Source: Perkinsela sp. CCAP 1560/9
Taxonomy: Eukaryota; Protista; Euglenozoa: Kinetoplastea
Assembly (NCBI GenBank): GCA_965644495.1
Contig: CBFFSA010000019.1
Span: 1 to 64,000 of the forward strand
Length of the DNA stretch: 64,000 nt
Direction: 5' to 3'
In this document: positions 23,442 to 34,712 of the stretch, piece after piece
Numbering within the stretch: position 1 is the first letter of the stretch
Layout: each line of letters starts with the position of its first letter
Program-made: the position numbers and the translations under genes
Notes under the pieces: generated by a model
Database searches by the model: none
Told to the model about the DNA's origin: nothing
The model's input: only the letters and a program-made list of their open reading frames with translations

Positions 23442-25022
23442 ATGCGTCCTCCCACCCCTTTTTCCTCCCCACTCTACGCCCTCACCCGTCGTTTCACCAC
23501 CATCCTGGCCGTACGCAAAGGCAACGTGGTCGCACTGATGGGCGACAGCCGCGTCACTCTGGGCCAAAGCATCATTGCCAAAGACACCGCCCGGAAACTA
23601 CGAAGGGCGGGACCTCCCCTCATCTCACGCTATGACCGCAAACCCCAACCCCGAGGAGAAAGCGCAGGGGTCTATGGTGAGCGAACACCACCGTACACCA
23701 CGCCCCCAAAAGACGAATTCGAAAAACAACACAATCTACCCTCGGTAACTCACGGATCAAAGACCTTTCCTCCTTCTTCCTCCCCCTCTTCTCATGCGTC
23801 ACAACAACAAGAAAACGAAAGGTTCAAAAACCAAACCCCAACCCCAACAACAACAACAACAACAACACCTTTTTCTGGCCAAGAAAAACAAAACCTTTTC
23901 AAAAATAAACCAACAACAACATTAACAACACAAGAACAAGAACAACAACAACAACAACAACAACAAGAGAAGAAAAACCCCAACCCCAAACCCAACCCCA
24001 ACCACCATGAAAAAGGGGGTTCTTCATCTTCGGGGTCTTCGTTGTCTTCTTCTCTCAACCCCCAACCACAAGAACAACCACCCCCACCCCCCAACCCCAA
24101 CGACGCCCTTGGCTCCGTCATGGTCGGCTTCGCGGGCTCCACCGCAGACGCCATGACACTCCTCTCGAAGCTCGAGGCGCAGCTCGCGGCGCACCCCGCC
24201 CAGCTCACCCGGGCCTGCGTCGAGCTCGCGCAGGAGTGGCGCGGGGACAAGAACCTCCGCCGGCTCGAGGCCTCCATGGTCGTCTGCGATGCCAGGGAGA
24301 CGCTGGAGATCGATGGCGCAGGCAACGTGCTGACCCCGGAGGCGGATGGGATTGTGGGGATTGGCAGCGGGGGGCCGTACGCGAAGGCGGCCGCGAGGGC
24401 GCTGGTGGGGGTGGAGGGGTGGGGGGCGGAGAGGGTGTGCCGGAGGGCGATGGAGGTCGCGGCGAGTATTGATTTGTTCAGCAATGACAGGTTCGAGGTG
24501 GATGTGATGGTGGGGGAGGGGGAGGGGGGGGAGGGGGAGGGGGAGATGGGGGAAAAGGGGGGGATGGGAGAGATGGGGGGAGAAGGAGAAAAGGGGGGGA
24601 TGGGGGGGAAGGGGGAGATGGGGGGGAAGGGGGAGATGGGGGGGATGGGGGAGAAGGGGGAGATGGGGGAGATGGGGGAAAAGAAAGGAAAAGAGATGGG
24701 AATGGGGGAGAAAAAAAGGGTAGAGGACAACGGGGGAGAGGTGAAGGAGAAAGGGGGTGAGGGGAGAGGGGAGGGGGGAAAGGACGTGGGTTCCGAGGTT
24801 GCGGCTGAGGAAAGGCCGGCGGGGGGGGAAGAGGGGAAGAAAGGGTCGGTCACCCACGAGGGTGGGAAGACGAAGCGGGGTGAGGAAACGGATGGGGAAA
24901 AGTCGGGGACTCAAGGGGAGAAGGCACGCAAGGCGAGTCCAAAGTTAGCGAAAGATGCGCCCGCTGCTGATGTCAAGCCGTGCGATTCGAGTGTGAAGTC
25001 ACCCAAAAAGGAGAAGAAATGA
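23442..25022 (+). CDS. hslV: HslV (ClpQ) protease subunit, mitochondrial precursor, with ~165-aa low-complexity insertion and ~170-aa G/E/K-rich tail
   Basis: Presequence ending RRF, then TTILAVRK..GDSRVTLG..KLRR, GFAGSTADA, EWRGDKNLRRLEA, GIGSGGPYAKAAARAL and AASIDLFSN. Confidence 0.93.
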   Translation: MRPPTPFSSPLYALTRRFTTILAVRKGNVVALMGDSRVTLGQSIIAKDTARKLRRAGPPLISRYDRKPQPRGESAGVYGERTPPYTTPPKDEFEKQHNLPSVTHGSKTFPPSSSPSSHASQQQENERFKNQTPTPTTTTTTTPFSGQEKQNLFKNKPTTTLTTQEQEQQQQQQQQEKKNPNPKPNPNHHEKGGSSSSGSSLSSSLNPQPQEQPPPPPNPNDALGSVMVGFAGSTADAMTLLSKLEAQLAAHPAQLTRACVELAQEWRGDKNLRRLEASMVVCDARETLEIDGAGNVLTPEADGIVGIGSGGPYAKAAARALVGVEGWGAERVCRRAMEVAASIDLFSNDRFEVDVMVGEGEGGEGEGEMGEKGGMGEMGGEGEKGGMGGKGEMGGKGEMGGMGEKGEMGEMGEKKGKEMGMGEKKRVEDNGGEVKEKGGEGRGEGGKDVGSEVAAEERPAGGEEGKKGSVTHEGGKTKRGEETDGEKSGTQGEKARKASPKLAKDAPAADVKPCDSSVKSPKKEKK

Positions 25023-25425
25023 GGGAGATGGGAGAGTCCTGGTATTTATCTTGATATTTGCGATCATTGCATTTTTTTTGTTGTCGGTGGAACAGATTCC
25101 CGGGGGATGTAATTTTTCCAATACCTTCATGTAACTCTTTTACTGCGATAAATTGTGTTATCACCCATACATCGAACTCTTTCGAGGAGGATATATTTTT
25201 TAACCCATGAATCGAATGCGAGTGGTGTGATGATATTGCCCATCTACGGATACACATCGTTAAGACACTTTTATATTTCTCGTTTGATCTATGCAGTTTG
25301 CTTTGTGGAAATCAAAACTCACATCAGAGCCAATTCTCAAGGAAATTTTAACCTATTCGACCTTTTTTACAGATTTCGTCATTTTTTCATGTCTTTGATT
25401 CTTTTTACATTTACCTTGAAGATTA

Positions 25426-26233
25426 ATGCACGGCACCTACTGCATCGATGTCGGCTCCGATTTACGTCGAGGCAAAGTGACCTCTCTGCTACTACCCCAA
25501 GAGGATATGCTGGAACGTTTCATTTCAAACCTAACGGGAAGGCACAAATCATGGCGTACGACGAAGAAGAATATGTTTGGACGTCTCAAACGTTTAGCGG
25601 CATGCAAGTGGAAAGGCGTCACATGTGATCAGGACCAGACAGTGCGCTACATTGAATGGATCTCAATGGATCTTTTGGGGACCTTAAAATGGGAGTTGCT
25701 GCCTTACACGGTAGTTTCCTGCAAATTGATTCGTAACAGACGAATGAGAACGGTTGAACTGGACACTTTGCCATCTTCTTTATCGCTTTTAATATTAGCA
25801 GACAATACTTTTACTGGGGAACTACATCTATCCGATTTGCCCGACACTTTACAGAATTTTAGCGTGAGTAGCAATCAATTTGAGGGGAGCGTAGATCTTC
25901 CGAATCTGCCTTCGACGTTAAACGTTCTATATCTTAATACTAACCTGCTTTCTAGTGCCGTCGATCTTTCTCACCTACCGGACTTGGAACACCTCCACCT
26001 GAACAGCAGGGCCTCTCTCTCTGGGACATTTGCCCGCATCACTTAGGTTTGCTAACTTTTACAATAACTTATTTTGTGGTTTAGTAACTTTTGACGGCCT
26101 TCCCAAAGGCTTGACATTCTTGTCCCTCCACAGTAACAAAGGCGTTTATGGCGAGATTGACAATTGCGTGTTTCCGGAGACTTTGCGAATTCTGGAATAT
26201 TATGGTACAGAAATTCATATGAAATCTACGTAG
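25426..26233 (+). pseudogene. LRR protein (subfamily 2), frameshifted
   Basis: Near-copy of 29956-30774 with a net 11-nt loss at ~26005. Confidence 0.9.
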
Positions 26234-27164
26234 TGTTTTGAGTTTCCGAGAATACCACTTTCTATGTTTCCCTTTTTGTGAAATCCAGTCCCGGTGAACT
26301 GGTTACCTTTTCTTCGCCACCTTCCTGTGGTACTCACAAGAGGAGACCGACAAGTTTCGCCACTTCGCATATAGCGTTGTCGAATGCACTGATTTGGAGG
26401 TATGCAATGATTTGGATTTGAATGTATCTCATCATAAAAATATCATACAATTGTATCTTGGCTTCCAAACTCTCAGAATGTGCTTTGGCAATTTTGAAAA
26501 AAATATTTTTTTACCTTTTTTTTCGGTAGAAAAAATAGTTTTGGGTCCCCTGCAATATTGCTTGAAACTTTTGTCGGACACATCCTGCGATCACAACGCA
26601 GAGTTACCCCCTGTTGTGTGGGTAAAAAATCATCATCGAGGCGTGCGCTACCACTTCCCCTAACTCAATTTTGAAAATCAAAGATATTTGTTTTTGCTAA
26701 AAGAAATCGGCAAAAAAACGGGCCACGTCCGGGCCAAATTTGAGGAAAGGGTGAACAAAATCTTTGGCGACCAATTAATAAATATGGTATATTATATTAT
26801 ACCATATTATATCGTAGCGAGGGTGTGTTAAAAGTGGTTCCCCACCCTCCCTGGAAAGGGTAAAGTTGTTAAAGTTGGCCGACCTCGGTCAACGGGAGGG
26901 CAACAATCAGGCAAACAAACGGTAAAACTACTGATATTGCCCATCTACGGATACACATCATTAAGACAGATTTATATTTCTCGCTTGATCTATGCAGTTT
27001 GCTTTGTGAAGCGCAAAACTTACATTACGGCGAATTCCCAATGTGACTTCAAACTATTGGACCGCTTTTTCACTGCCTATTTTCATCGGAGGAAAAATAT
27101 ATTTTTACTTTTTTTGTCATGCTTACTTGTGTGTATTTTTTTATTACCTTTACCTTTAAGCTTA

Positions 27165-27995
27165 ATGAACAGCAATTATTGTATCGACGATGGATCCGAT
27201 TTACGCCGTGGTAAAGTGACCTCTCTGCTACTACCCCAAGAGCATATGCTGGAACGTTTTATTTCAAACCTAACTCGAAAAGATAAATCCTGGCATACGA
27301 CAAAGAAGAATATGTTTGGACGCCTCAAGCACGTATCGGTGTGCAATTGGCAAGGCGTGACATGTGATAAGAATCAAACAGTGACTCATATTCTATGGAA
27401 TTATATGAATCTTCGCGGATCTTTGCAGTGGGAGTGTTTTCCTCATACAATAGTTTCCTGCAACCTTTTTGAGAACAGACTAGTGGGATCAGTAGAACTT
27501 GACATTTTACCATCTTCACTATTTTTTTTGGTTTTGACAGCCAATACTTTTACAGGGGAAATACATCTAACCGATTTGCCTAACGCATTGCAGAATCTTT
27601 ACATGAATGGCAACGGATTTAGAGGGAGTGTAGATCTTACGAACCTCCCTTCAGGATTAGAATTTTTATATCTCAATAACAATCAGTTTTTTGGTGCCGT
27701 CGATCTTTCTCATCTACCGGACTTGAAAGAACTCTACTTGGGCAACAACATGTTTACAGGACCTCTTTCTTTGCAACATTTCCCCACATCTCTTAAGGTT
27801 GCTCACTTTGGCAACAATTTATTCTCTGGTTTGGTAATGTTTGACCGACTTCCCAAAGGCATGATAGATTTGTCCCTGCATAATAATAGAGATCTTTATG
27901 GCGAGATCAACAGTCCCGTCCTTCCCAAAGATTTACGAATTCTCACATACTGGGGTACAGGAATTTATTTGAAATCTACGCAGTATCTAGGCTAG
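27165..27995 (+). CDS. LRR protein (subfamily 2)
   Basis: MNSNYCIDDGSDLRRGKVTSLLLPQE. Start chosen by paralog alignment; a pyrimidine tract and AG lie just upstream. Confidence 0.92.
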   Translation: MNSNYCIDDGSDLRRGKVTSLLLPQEHMLERFISNLTRKDKSWHTTKKNMFGRLKHVSVCNWQGVTCDKNQTVTHILWNYMNLRGSLQWECFPHTIVSCNLFENRLVGSVELDILPSSLFFLVLTANTFTGEIHLTDLPNALQNLYMNGNGFRGSVDLTNLPSGLEFLYLNNNQFFGAVDLSHLPDLKELYLGNNMFTGPLSLQHFPTSLKVAHFGNNLFSGLVMFDRLPKGMIDLSLHNNRDLYGEINSPVLPKDLRILTYWGTGIYLKSTQYLG

Positions 27996-28699
27996 ACAAA
28001 AATTGAATCTTTGGAAAATTGAAGCACATTTAGGCACATAATTTTTGGTGAAATTGAAGCAAAAGTTTAGCTTTTCTTATTTCCGATTTCTGTAATAACA
28101 AATGAGTCACCGGCAGTGCAAATGTAGGTTGAAATGCGTTTTTTGTAAAAAGAAATCTTTTCATAAATTGTATCTTAAAATGGGTGTTGTATTGTATTTA
28201 AACGTTCGGTGAACGGTTTTAGCGGCATTCAAAGTGGTATTTCAACTCTTTTACACTCTGCTTTCCACTGACTACAATTCACTTACGTCACATACAGCTG
28301 CACGGGTACAGTTGTCGGTTAGATATCAAGAAAACACTACTCTCTACATACATTGTATATGTATCTTCACTTACTTGAGGAGCTGTCGGTGGCGAGATTT
28401 CACGAGATTTCGCGAATATTCACCGGGGGGTTATCATGGTTTCGCGAGGTTTCATCGACGTTTCGAAAGGTCTCGTCGAGGCTTCTTGGGGGTTTAAAAT
28501 ATAAAGAGGAACACAGGAATAAAGAAAAATTTACTCCTCCTCCCATAAGTACAGTGGTGATCAGCGTCTTTTACCCGCCCCCCTACAGGTCTTGTATTTT
28601 GTTCGATTTTGGAAAAATTTTGTATGGGACTGTTTTTCGACCCAATCTTTCCAAATCCGAGGTCCTTCTCACTCGTGGACACCTGAAGAGCTGCGGGTA

Positions 28700-28818
28700 T
28701 GATCTCGCGTGATCTCACGTGATCTCGTTTTGAGGTCGTCCAACCACCCTCCCGAGCCAAATCCGCTCTCGAGAGATCTCGCGTGATCTCACGTGATCTC
28801 GCATGATCTCGCGTGACC
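28700..28818. repeat. 10-bp GATCTC(G/A)CGT tandem repeats within a Tc1-type MITE remnant
   Basis: Repeats are directly visible. The upstream end TACAGTGGTGATCAGC (28549) is shared with 17284. Confidence 0.65.
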
Positions 28819-29307
28819 TCATACTGGGCCTCACCCGCAGCCCCTCATCTGTATCATTCCTGCTCCCAAGCTGCAAAAAACTCGATATTTTTTTTACGAA
28901 GTATATTTTTTTCAAGATCAATACATTTTGGTATTTGACAAAGGAGCACCGCCCCCTATGTTTACCTTACTCTCGCGTGCGCCCTGAGATGCGCACGGCA
29001 CTCGTGATTGAATACGGGCGACTTAAGTCCTATAAGGCAGTCGCAAAACTTCATAAATTATAGATCCTCCACAGGAGGGCTGTGTGAGAGCTCTCGAACG
29101 TGCTAACATTTTCCAAAATTGGCTAAAAGTTTTACAAATTTTAGACCCTCCCCAGCATTAGCTGATCCCCCCTGTGTACTACATTTGTTCGATGGCTTAA
29201 GGCAATGAAAATTACCTTAAAATCCAGTAAAAATACGTTTGTTCATTCGTACCCATCAAATATGGAAGATTTATTATTATTTTCTTATTTATTAATATTT
29301 TCTTCTA

Positions 29308-29879
29308 CAGGGGGGATCAGCTAATGCTGGGGGGTCTAAAATTTGTAAAACTTGGCCCATTTTGGAAAATAATAGCCCATTCGAGAGCTCTCACACAACC
29401 CTCCTGCGGAGGATATGTCGTTGTGCATAAAATCGACAGTTTTATAAAGTGGTGGGAGGGTCAAAAACGTCGATTGTTTTTTAAGAAATTCTGACGTTGT
29501 TTCCCCGAAACGTAAAGCCAAGCCTAGTACTCACAGTGACGCCCGTTCCTCTCTATAGCAATATTTACGTACCCTGGGGTGAGAAACGGCTCTCCGGCAA
29601 TTTCTCCCGAAGTGAACGTGAAGATACTCATCTTTGAGGCATGAATCATGAAAACAGGAGAAATCTCAAAACAAATCAAACAAATTGCAAAAAATGCAAG
29701 TCGAACGTGTGTAAAAGCACGGGAAACGACAACAAAACGCGCTTCGTGTGTAAAAACACGGGAAACGATATACCCTCCACGGGAGGTCTGTGTGAGAGCT
29801 CTCGAATGTGCTATTATTTTCTGAAATTGGCCAAGTTTTACAAATTTTAGACCCCCCCAGCATTGGCTGATCCCCCCTG
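29308..29879. mobile_element. Tc1-type MITE, ~105-bp TIRs, TA TSD
   Basis: TA|CAGGGGGGATCAGCTAATGCTGG...CCAGCATTGGCTGATCCCCCCTG|TA. A solo right end lies at 29064-29175. Related to 43901-45079. Confidence 0.9.
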
Positions 29880-29955
29880 TATTTATTATATTATTATTGT
29901 TATTTTCTCATGAATTCTTGTGTTTGTTTGTTTATTACATTTACCTTGAAGATTA

Positions 29956-30774
29956 ATGCACGGCACCTACTGCATCGATGACGGCTCCGATTTACGTCGA
30001 GGCAAAGTGACCTCTCTGCTGCTACCCCAAGAGGATATGCTGGAGCGTTTCATTTCAAATCTAACGCGAAGGCACAAATCATGGCGTACGACGAAGAAGA
30101 ATATGTTAGGACGCGTCAAACATGTATCGGTATGCAAGTGGAAAGGCGTCACATGTGATCAGGATCAGACTGTGCGCTACATTGAATGGTGTTCAATGAA
30201 TCTTTTGGGCACCTTAAAATGGGAGTTGTTGCCTTATACGGTAGTTTCCTGCAAATTGATTCGTAACCGACTAATGGGAACGGTTGAACTGGACACTTTG
30301 CCATCTTCTTTATCGCTTTTAATATTAGCAGACAATTCTTTTACCGGGGAACTACATCTATCCGATTTGCCTGACACTTTACAGAATTTTAGTGTGAATG
30401 ATAATAAATTTGAGGGGAGCGTAGATCTTACGAATCTGCCTTCGACGTTAAACGCTCTATATCTTAATAATAACCAGCTTTCTAGTGCCGTCGATCTTTC
30501 TCACCTACCGGACTTGGAATATCTCTACTTGAACAATAACATGTTTACAGGGCCTCTCTCTCTGGGACATTTGCCCGCATCACTTAGGTTTGCTAACTTT
30601 TACAATAACTTATTTTGTGGCTTAGTAACTTTTGACGGTCTTCCCAAAGGCTTGACATTATTGTCCCTCCACAGTAACAAATACCTTTATGGCGAGATTG
30701 ACCGTTGCGTGCTTCCTAAGACTTTGCGAATTCTGGAATATTATGACACAGAAATTCATATGAAATCTACGTAG
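29956..30774 (+). CDS. LRR protein (subfamily 2), intact, 272 aa
   Basis: Leader, Cys N-cap and 24-aa LRRs. Confidence 0.93.
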   Translation: MHGTYCIDDGSDLRRGKVTSLLLPQEDMLERFISNLTRRHKSWRTTKKNMLGRVKHVSVCKWKGVTCDQDQTVRYIEWCSMNLLGTLKWELLPYTVVSCKLIRNRLMGTVELDTLPSSLSLLILADNSFTGELHLSDLPDTLQNFSVNDNKFEGSVDLTNLPSTLNALYLNNNQLSSAVDLSHLPDLEYLYLNNNMFTGPLSLGHLPASLRFANFYNNLFCGLVTFDGLPKGLTLLSLHSNKYLYGEIDRCVLPKTLRILEYYDTEIHMKST

Positions 30775-31473
30775 TGTTTTGAGTTTCCGAGAATACCACT
30801 TTCCTATTTTCGTATTTTTAAAGTCCAGTCCCGGTGATCTGGTTATCTTTTCTTCGCTACCCTTCCTGTGGTACTCACAAAATGAGAGACAAATTTCGCC
30901 ACTTCGCACATGGCGTTGTCGAATACACTGAGTTCTCCTGTACTGGCAATTCCCCCAACAGTTTTGCCAACTTAGACTTCTCCTCTCTTGTAAATCCTCG
31001 TAACAGGCGAACGTCAATACGTTTCTTTAAAGAAAAATTGTTTGGATTGCTTATCGAAGATGCACATACCACCATTTCTTATGAGTTCCTTTTTCTAATG
31101 GGAAACCTTTTTATATGATTAAAGAATTTCGTACAGAAAGCTCAATGTTTGGCTGCTCTAGGAATTTGCTGATTACGCAGTGCATCCTACTTGTTACTGT
31201 CCTGTCTCATTAGCGCGGCGCCAAGCGCGCAGAGCCCGATATTTCCCTTGTTTTCTTTGTGCTGCAAAGATCCTTACTGTTTTGGTACTTTCTTTTTTTA
31301 CTGTTTTTGGTACTTTCTACGACCGGGGTCACTTCAAAATGTTCCAACTCTGCATCAAGCGCGCAGAACCCATCTCGCAAGGTTACTACGACAGCTTGAG
31401 AGACGTTGTCGGATGAGAAGGTATCACGCACCATCGCATCAATGGTCCGTCGGACTACTCGAGCTCCATTCTC

Positions 31474-31500
31474 AAAAGATACAGTTTCTGTACCTTGTTG
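31474..31500 (+). other. SL-like exon copy upstream of zinc-finger ORF
   Basis: AAAAGATACAGTTTCTGTACCTTGTTG, with a core identical to 15580-15605. Confidence 0.8.
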
Positions 31501-31542
31501 TACTATGTTGTATAGAAATGATATGCGTCTGTAGCCCCTAAT

Positions 31543-33072
31543 ATGGCAAGCTCAGACGTTCCTGCACCAGCATCACGGGGGGAACGACATGTGAGGATCA
31601 GGAGCACCACAAGTATGACATTGACAGCGTTCACGAGCATTAAGTCTGCGGCTGCCAGCTCTCTCGTCAAACAGTTTTACCCAAATCCCGAGACCGGTCG
31701 CGCCGCCCTCACTAACGCGCTCGATAAAAACAATCCAGCCTGCGGACTCATGGTCGAATCGACCGAACTGTTTAGGTATAGAGTTCGACATCGAGGAGCC
31801 GATGAAGGATGGACCTATTATCCGAGCGTTGCTGACCTACATGCCAGGAAATTTTCTTCTACTTATTCCCGCGTCGACTCCCTCAGTCGTGCCCTCGTCA
31901 GATATTTTGAAGGATCTCCTCCCAAACTCCTGCCCTTTGAAATCGAATCATTGCACACAGACAGTCAAGAAGCAACATCGACACCAATCGCCACCGAATG
32001 CAAACACAGCTGTATAAACAAGGAAACATGTTCCCACGCATGCTGTAAGCGACATCTTACGGGCCATGCGAACATCACTCCCAACGAAGAGCCCCGGACT
32101 GCGACAAGTAGCAATGCGGACACGAATATCGCTCCCAACGAAGAGCCCCGGGGTGCAACAAGTAGCAACGCCGACACTAGCGAGTGCAAACACCCCTGTC
32201 GCGACAAACGTACCTGTAAGCACTTATGCTGTAAACGTCACTTGCCTTCCCGCACTGCTGTAGAATCTCCAACTGCTGAGCCACAGCATGAAGGCGGAAC
32301 CTCGCAGCATAGCGAAACACAGGTGTCTTCTCGGGAAGTTGAAGAATGTAAGCATATCTGCACCGACAAACGCGCATGCAAACACCTATGCTGCAAACGT
32401 CACCTATCGCTTACCCTTGTCCATCCCGACGATAGCTCTGGAATAGACGCCACCGACTCACATCGCGAATCGCGCGATTTACCCCCACCACGTCCAGCAC
32501 AGGTCCCTCCTAGCTCCAACAAACCGAGAACCCGTTCAGTCCCTACACGCACAACTTATTACTCTGCTGGAAATGACAACACCTCTCCGGAAACAAGAAC
32601 CGTCTACCACACACTGCACTCGATTGGTAGTACTGTCGGAACCTACATCATAAGCACCGCGCGTCAAGTTCTCGCTACAAGTACCACTCCGGGACACAAA
32701 CCGCATCTCAGTAGAATAACTGAGCAAAACCTTTGTGGTAATGCCCAGATAGAAAACACAGAAGAACTTTCACAAGTAACATGCAAGCTGAAACGGACAC
32801 GACGGAAACGATCCGGCCCACGGAATGTAAGCATGTCTGCGGGAACAAGCGTACGTGCCTTCACCAGTGTTGCAAAAGACACCTGGATAGCGCCCCAACA
32901 CAGCAACAGCGTGACACCGCGGCAACCCAGTACACGGGCGACGAACTCCCAGCACCGCTTCCCCCACCACCGCATGAACCTAGTGAAGTACACTTACCTT
33001 CCCCCACTACCCCGCAGTACGTCGAAATTTAGTGCTCTGAGAGCAAAAATACGCTCGCGCGACCCCCGCTAA
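31543..33072 (+). CDS. Protein with repeated CKHxCxxKxxCxHxCCKRH zinc-finger-like motifs (frameshifted/truncated)
   Basis: Three in-frame motifs (31999, 32185, 32347) and a fourth in another frame (32826). Cut off at ~33025 by a family A-B fragment. Confidence 0.7.
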   Translation: MASSDVPAPASRGERHVRIRSTTSMTLTAFTSIKSAAASSLVKQFYPNPETGRAALTNALDKNNPACGLMVESTELFRYRVRHRGADEGWTYYPSVADLHARKFSSTYSRVDSLSRALVRYFEGSPPKLLPFEIESLHTDSQEATSTPIATECKHSCINKETCSHACCKRHLTGHANITPNEEPRTATSSNADTNIAPNEEPRGATSSNADTSECKHPCRDKRTCKHLCCKRHLPSRTAVESPTAEPQHEGGTSQHSETQVSSREVEECKHICTDKRACKHLCCKRHLSLTLVHPDDSSGIDATDSHRESRDLPPPRPAQVPPSSNKPRTRSVPTRTTYYSAGNDNTSPETRTVYHTLHSIGSTVGTYIISTARQVLATSTTPGHKPHLSRITEQNLCGNAQIENTEELSQVTCKLKRTRRKRSGPRNVSMSAGTSVRAFTSVAKDTWIAPQHSNSVTPRQPSTRATNSQHRFPHHRMNLVKYTYLPPLPRSTSKFSALRAKIRSRDPR

Positions 33073-33296
33073 ATAGGGGGGGAAGGTGGTAGTTGTGGGG
33101 TATGGAGGCCTTCACGCAACTCCGGGGCCTTACCGGGAACAGAAATGAGACACTATGGTTCCAGTATTTATAGCTCGTAACTACTTTTTTGTAAAGCACT
33201 CTTTAAGTGATGAAAAAGTCATTAAGGGGTAAAAATGTCTTTAAGGGGTAAAAATGTCATTAAGGGGTAAAAATGGCCCAAACGACGTATTTTAAC

Positions 33297-33600
33297 TTCG
33301 TTAAACGCAGTGGTTGTTTTCAACTTAGAAGTCACTCATGCTGCTTCGCGTTGAAAACTACCACCGCGTTTAACGAAGCGCCTAAAAAAGAAAAATCGCT
33401 AAAAGATCATGAATAATCTAGTTTTTTAGGTGAAAAAGCTCGATTTTTTGGCAAAAAATGCGAAATTTTAACCCGAATTTGCGCGGTTTGATACCTTTCC
33501 AGTAGGGATAGGAGGCTAATCTGACGAAAAAATCGTCGCAGAATGGTAGCTGAGGTCCCAAACTCTTAAATTACGTTTTAAGAGTCGGTTTTGGAAAAAC
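33297..33600 (-). repeat. Family A-B right end, inverted
   Basis: Reverse complement of 47400-47705. Confidence 0.75.
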
Positions 33601-34039
33601 AAATTACATTAATTAAAATTACATTATTATTATTTTTGGGATCAAAAAAGAAACCTTTTTGGTCCCCTCCTTGTTGGACCCAACCTTGTTTCCCAACCTT
33701 GTTGGACCCCTCCTGCGCGTTCCAGGGAGGCAAAAGCCCTCTTTTGCGAGCAAGGCCCAACTGTGAGCGAAGTCCACTTCTGGAGGCAAAAGCTTCAGCG
33801 TGCGGGTCGCGCACTGAGAATCTATGTCTAGGATTGTGCAACGCGGACAAACAGCGCGGGTGAGCTCACAGAGAAGTTGAAAGCTGTGTGACCCAATTTA
33901 CCCGTCCGGAGGAGCTCTACCACTGATGAGTATGGCGGGGGAAGATTTATGGATAGAAAGGAATTTTTCTGTCCAAAGGCACTTTATTTGTCCAAAGGCA
34001 TTTTATCTGTCCAGAGGCATCGGTCCTGTCCGGCCGCCA

Positions 34040-34374
34040 TTGCGGTAGTTGTATAACTACCGTATACCCCCCCAGTAATAGAATGGGTTTTGGGCCAAAA
34101 AATGGCTAAATCTCTGTTACTCGGGGGAGGGCTTTTTTCCCCAAAAATGGCGAAATCTCTGTAACTGGGGGGGGGGGGGGGGCTATTACTGGGTGGGGGG
34201 GGGGGGTATACGGTACCGCCTTACCTTCGATTATTGAAAAAAAGCGAACAAAAACAATGAAAATATAAAGAGGAACACAGTAACAAATTTATAGTAGAAG
34301 GCGGCCGGACATTTTTTGGCCCGAAACCCATTCTATTACTGGGGGGGTATACGGTAGTTATACAACTACCGCAA
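34040..34374. mobile_element. CCGTATACCCCCCAGTAATAG MITE inserted at TA in a family A left end, plus inverted duplication
   Basis: TA|CCGTATA...TATACGG|TA at ~34060-34213. 34310-34374 is an inverted copy of 34040-34105. A mini copy lies at 49112-49185. Confidence 0.75.
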
Positions 34375-34712
34375 TTGAAGAATATGACCATCTCGTAACT
34401 TATTACTATACCCCCCCTGCTTATGAGTTTCACCTATTCTGGCACGTTTATGAGTTCCTTTTTCTAAGGCGAATGATTTTGTATCCACTTCGCGATACGA
34501 CATGTACGTCCGTTGTGCACCTTAGAAAAATGCGTTTTCGTTCATTATCTCCATATTAACGCAGCTAGAATGTATTCACGTGATTTTTATCCATTTTTCT
34601 ACGTTCACATTTCGTATTTTTCAAGATTTTCGCATTTTTTTGCTATAAAACTTTATTTCGTACGCCAATTGACCAATATATCATCAACAAGATGGTCTAA
34701 TCCGCCTTCTGA

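Noticed and set aside
23607-24105. Canonical intron or intein in hslV
   Set aside because: There is no suitable AG acceptor at the 3' boundary, the frame stays open, and intein terminal motifs (C/S...HN) are absent.
23792-24914. Long antisense ORFs (353 aa and 296 aa)
   Set aside because: These are shadows of the skewed low-complexity hslV sequence.
26937-27164. Hydrophobic N-terminal extensions of LRR ORFs (also 62751-62978) as signal or TM segments
   Set aside because: They translate T-rich upstream tracts, are not conserved between paralogs, and lie upstream of the aligned ATG.
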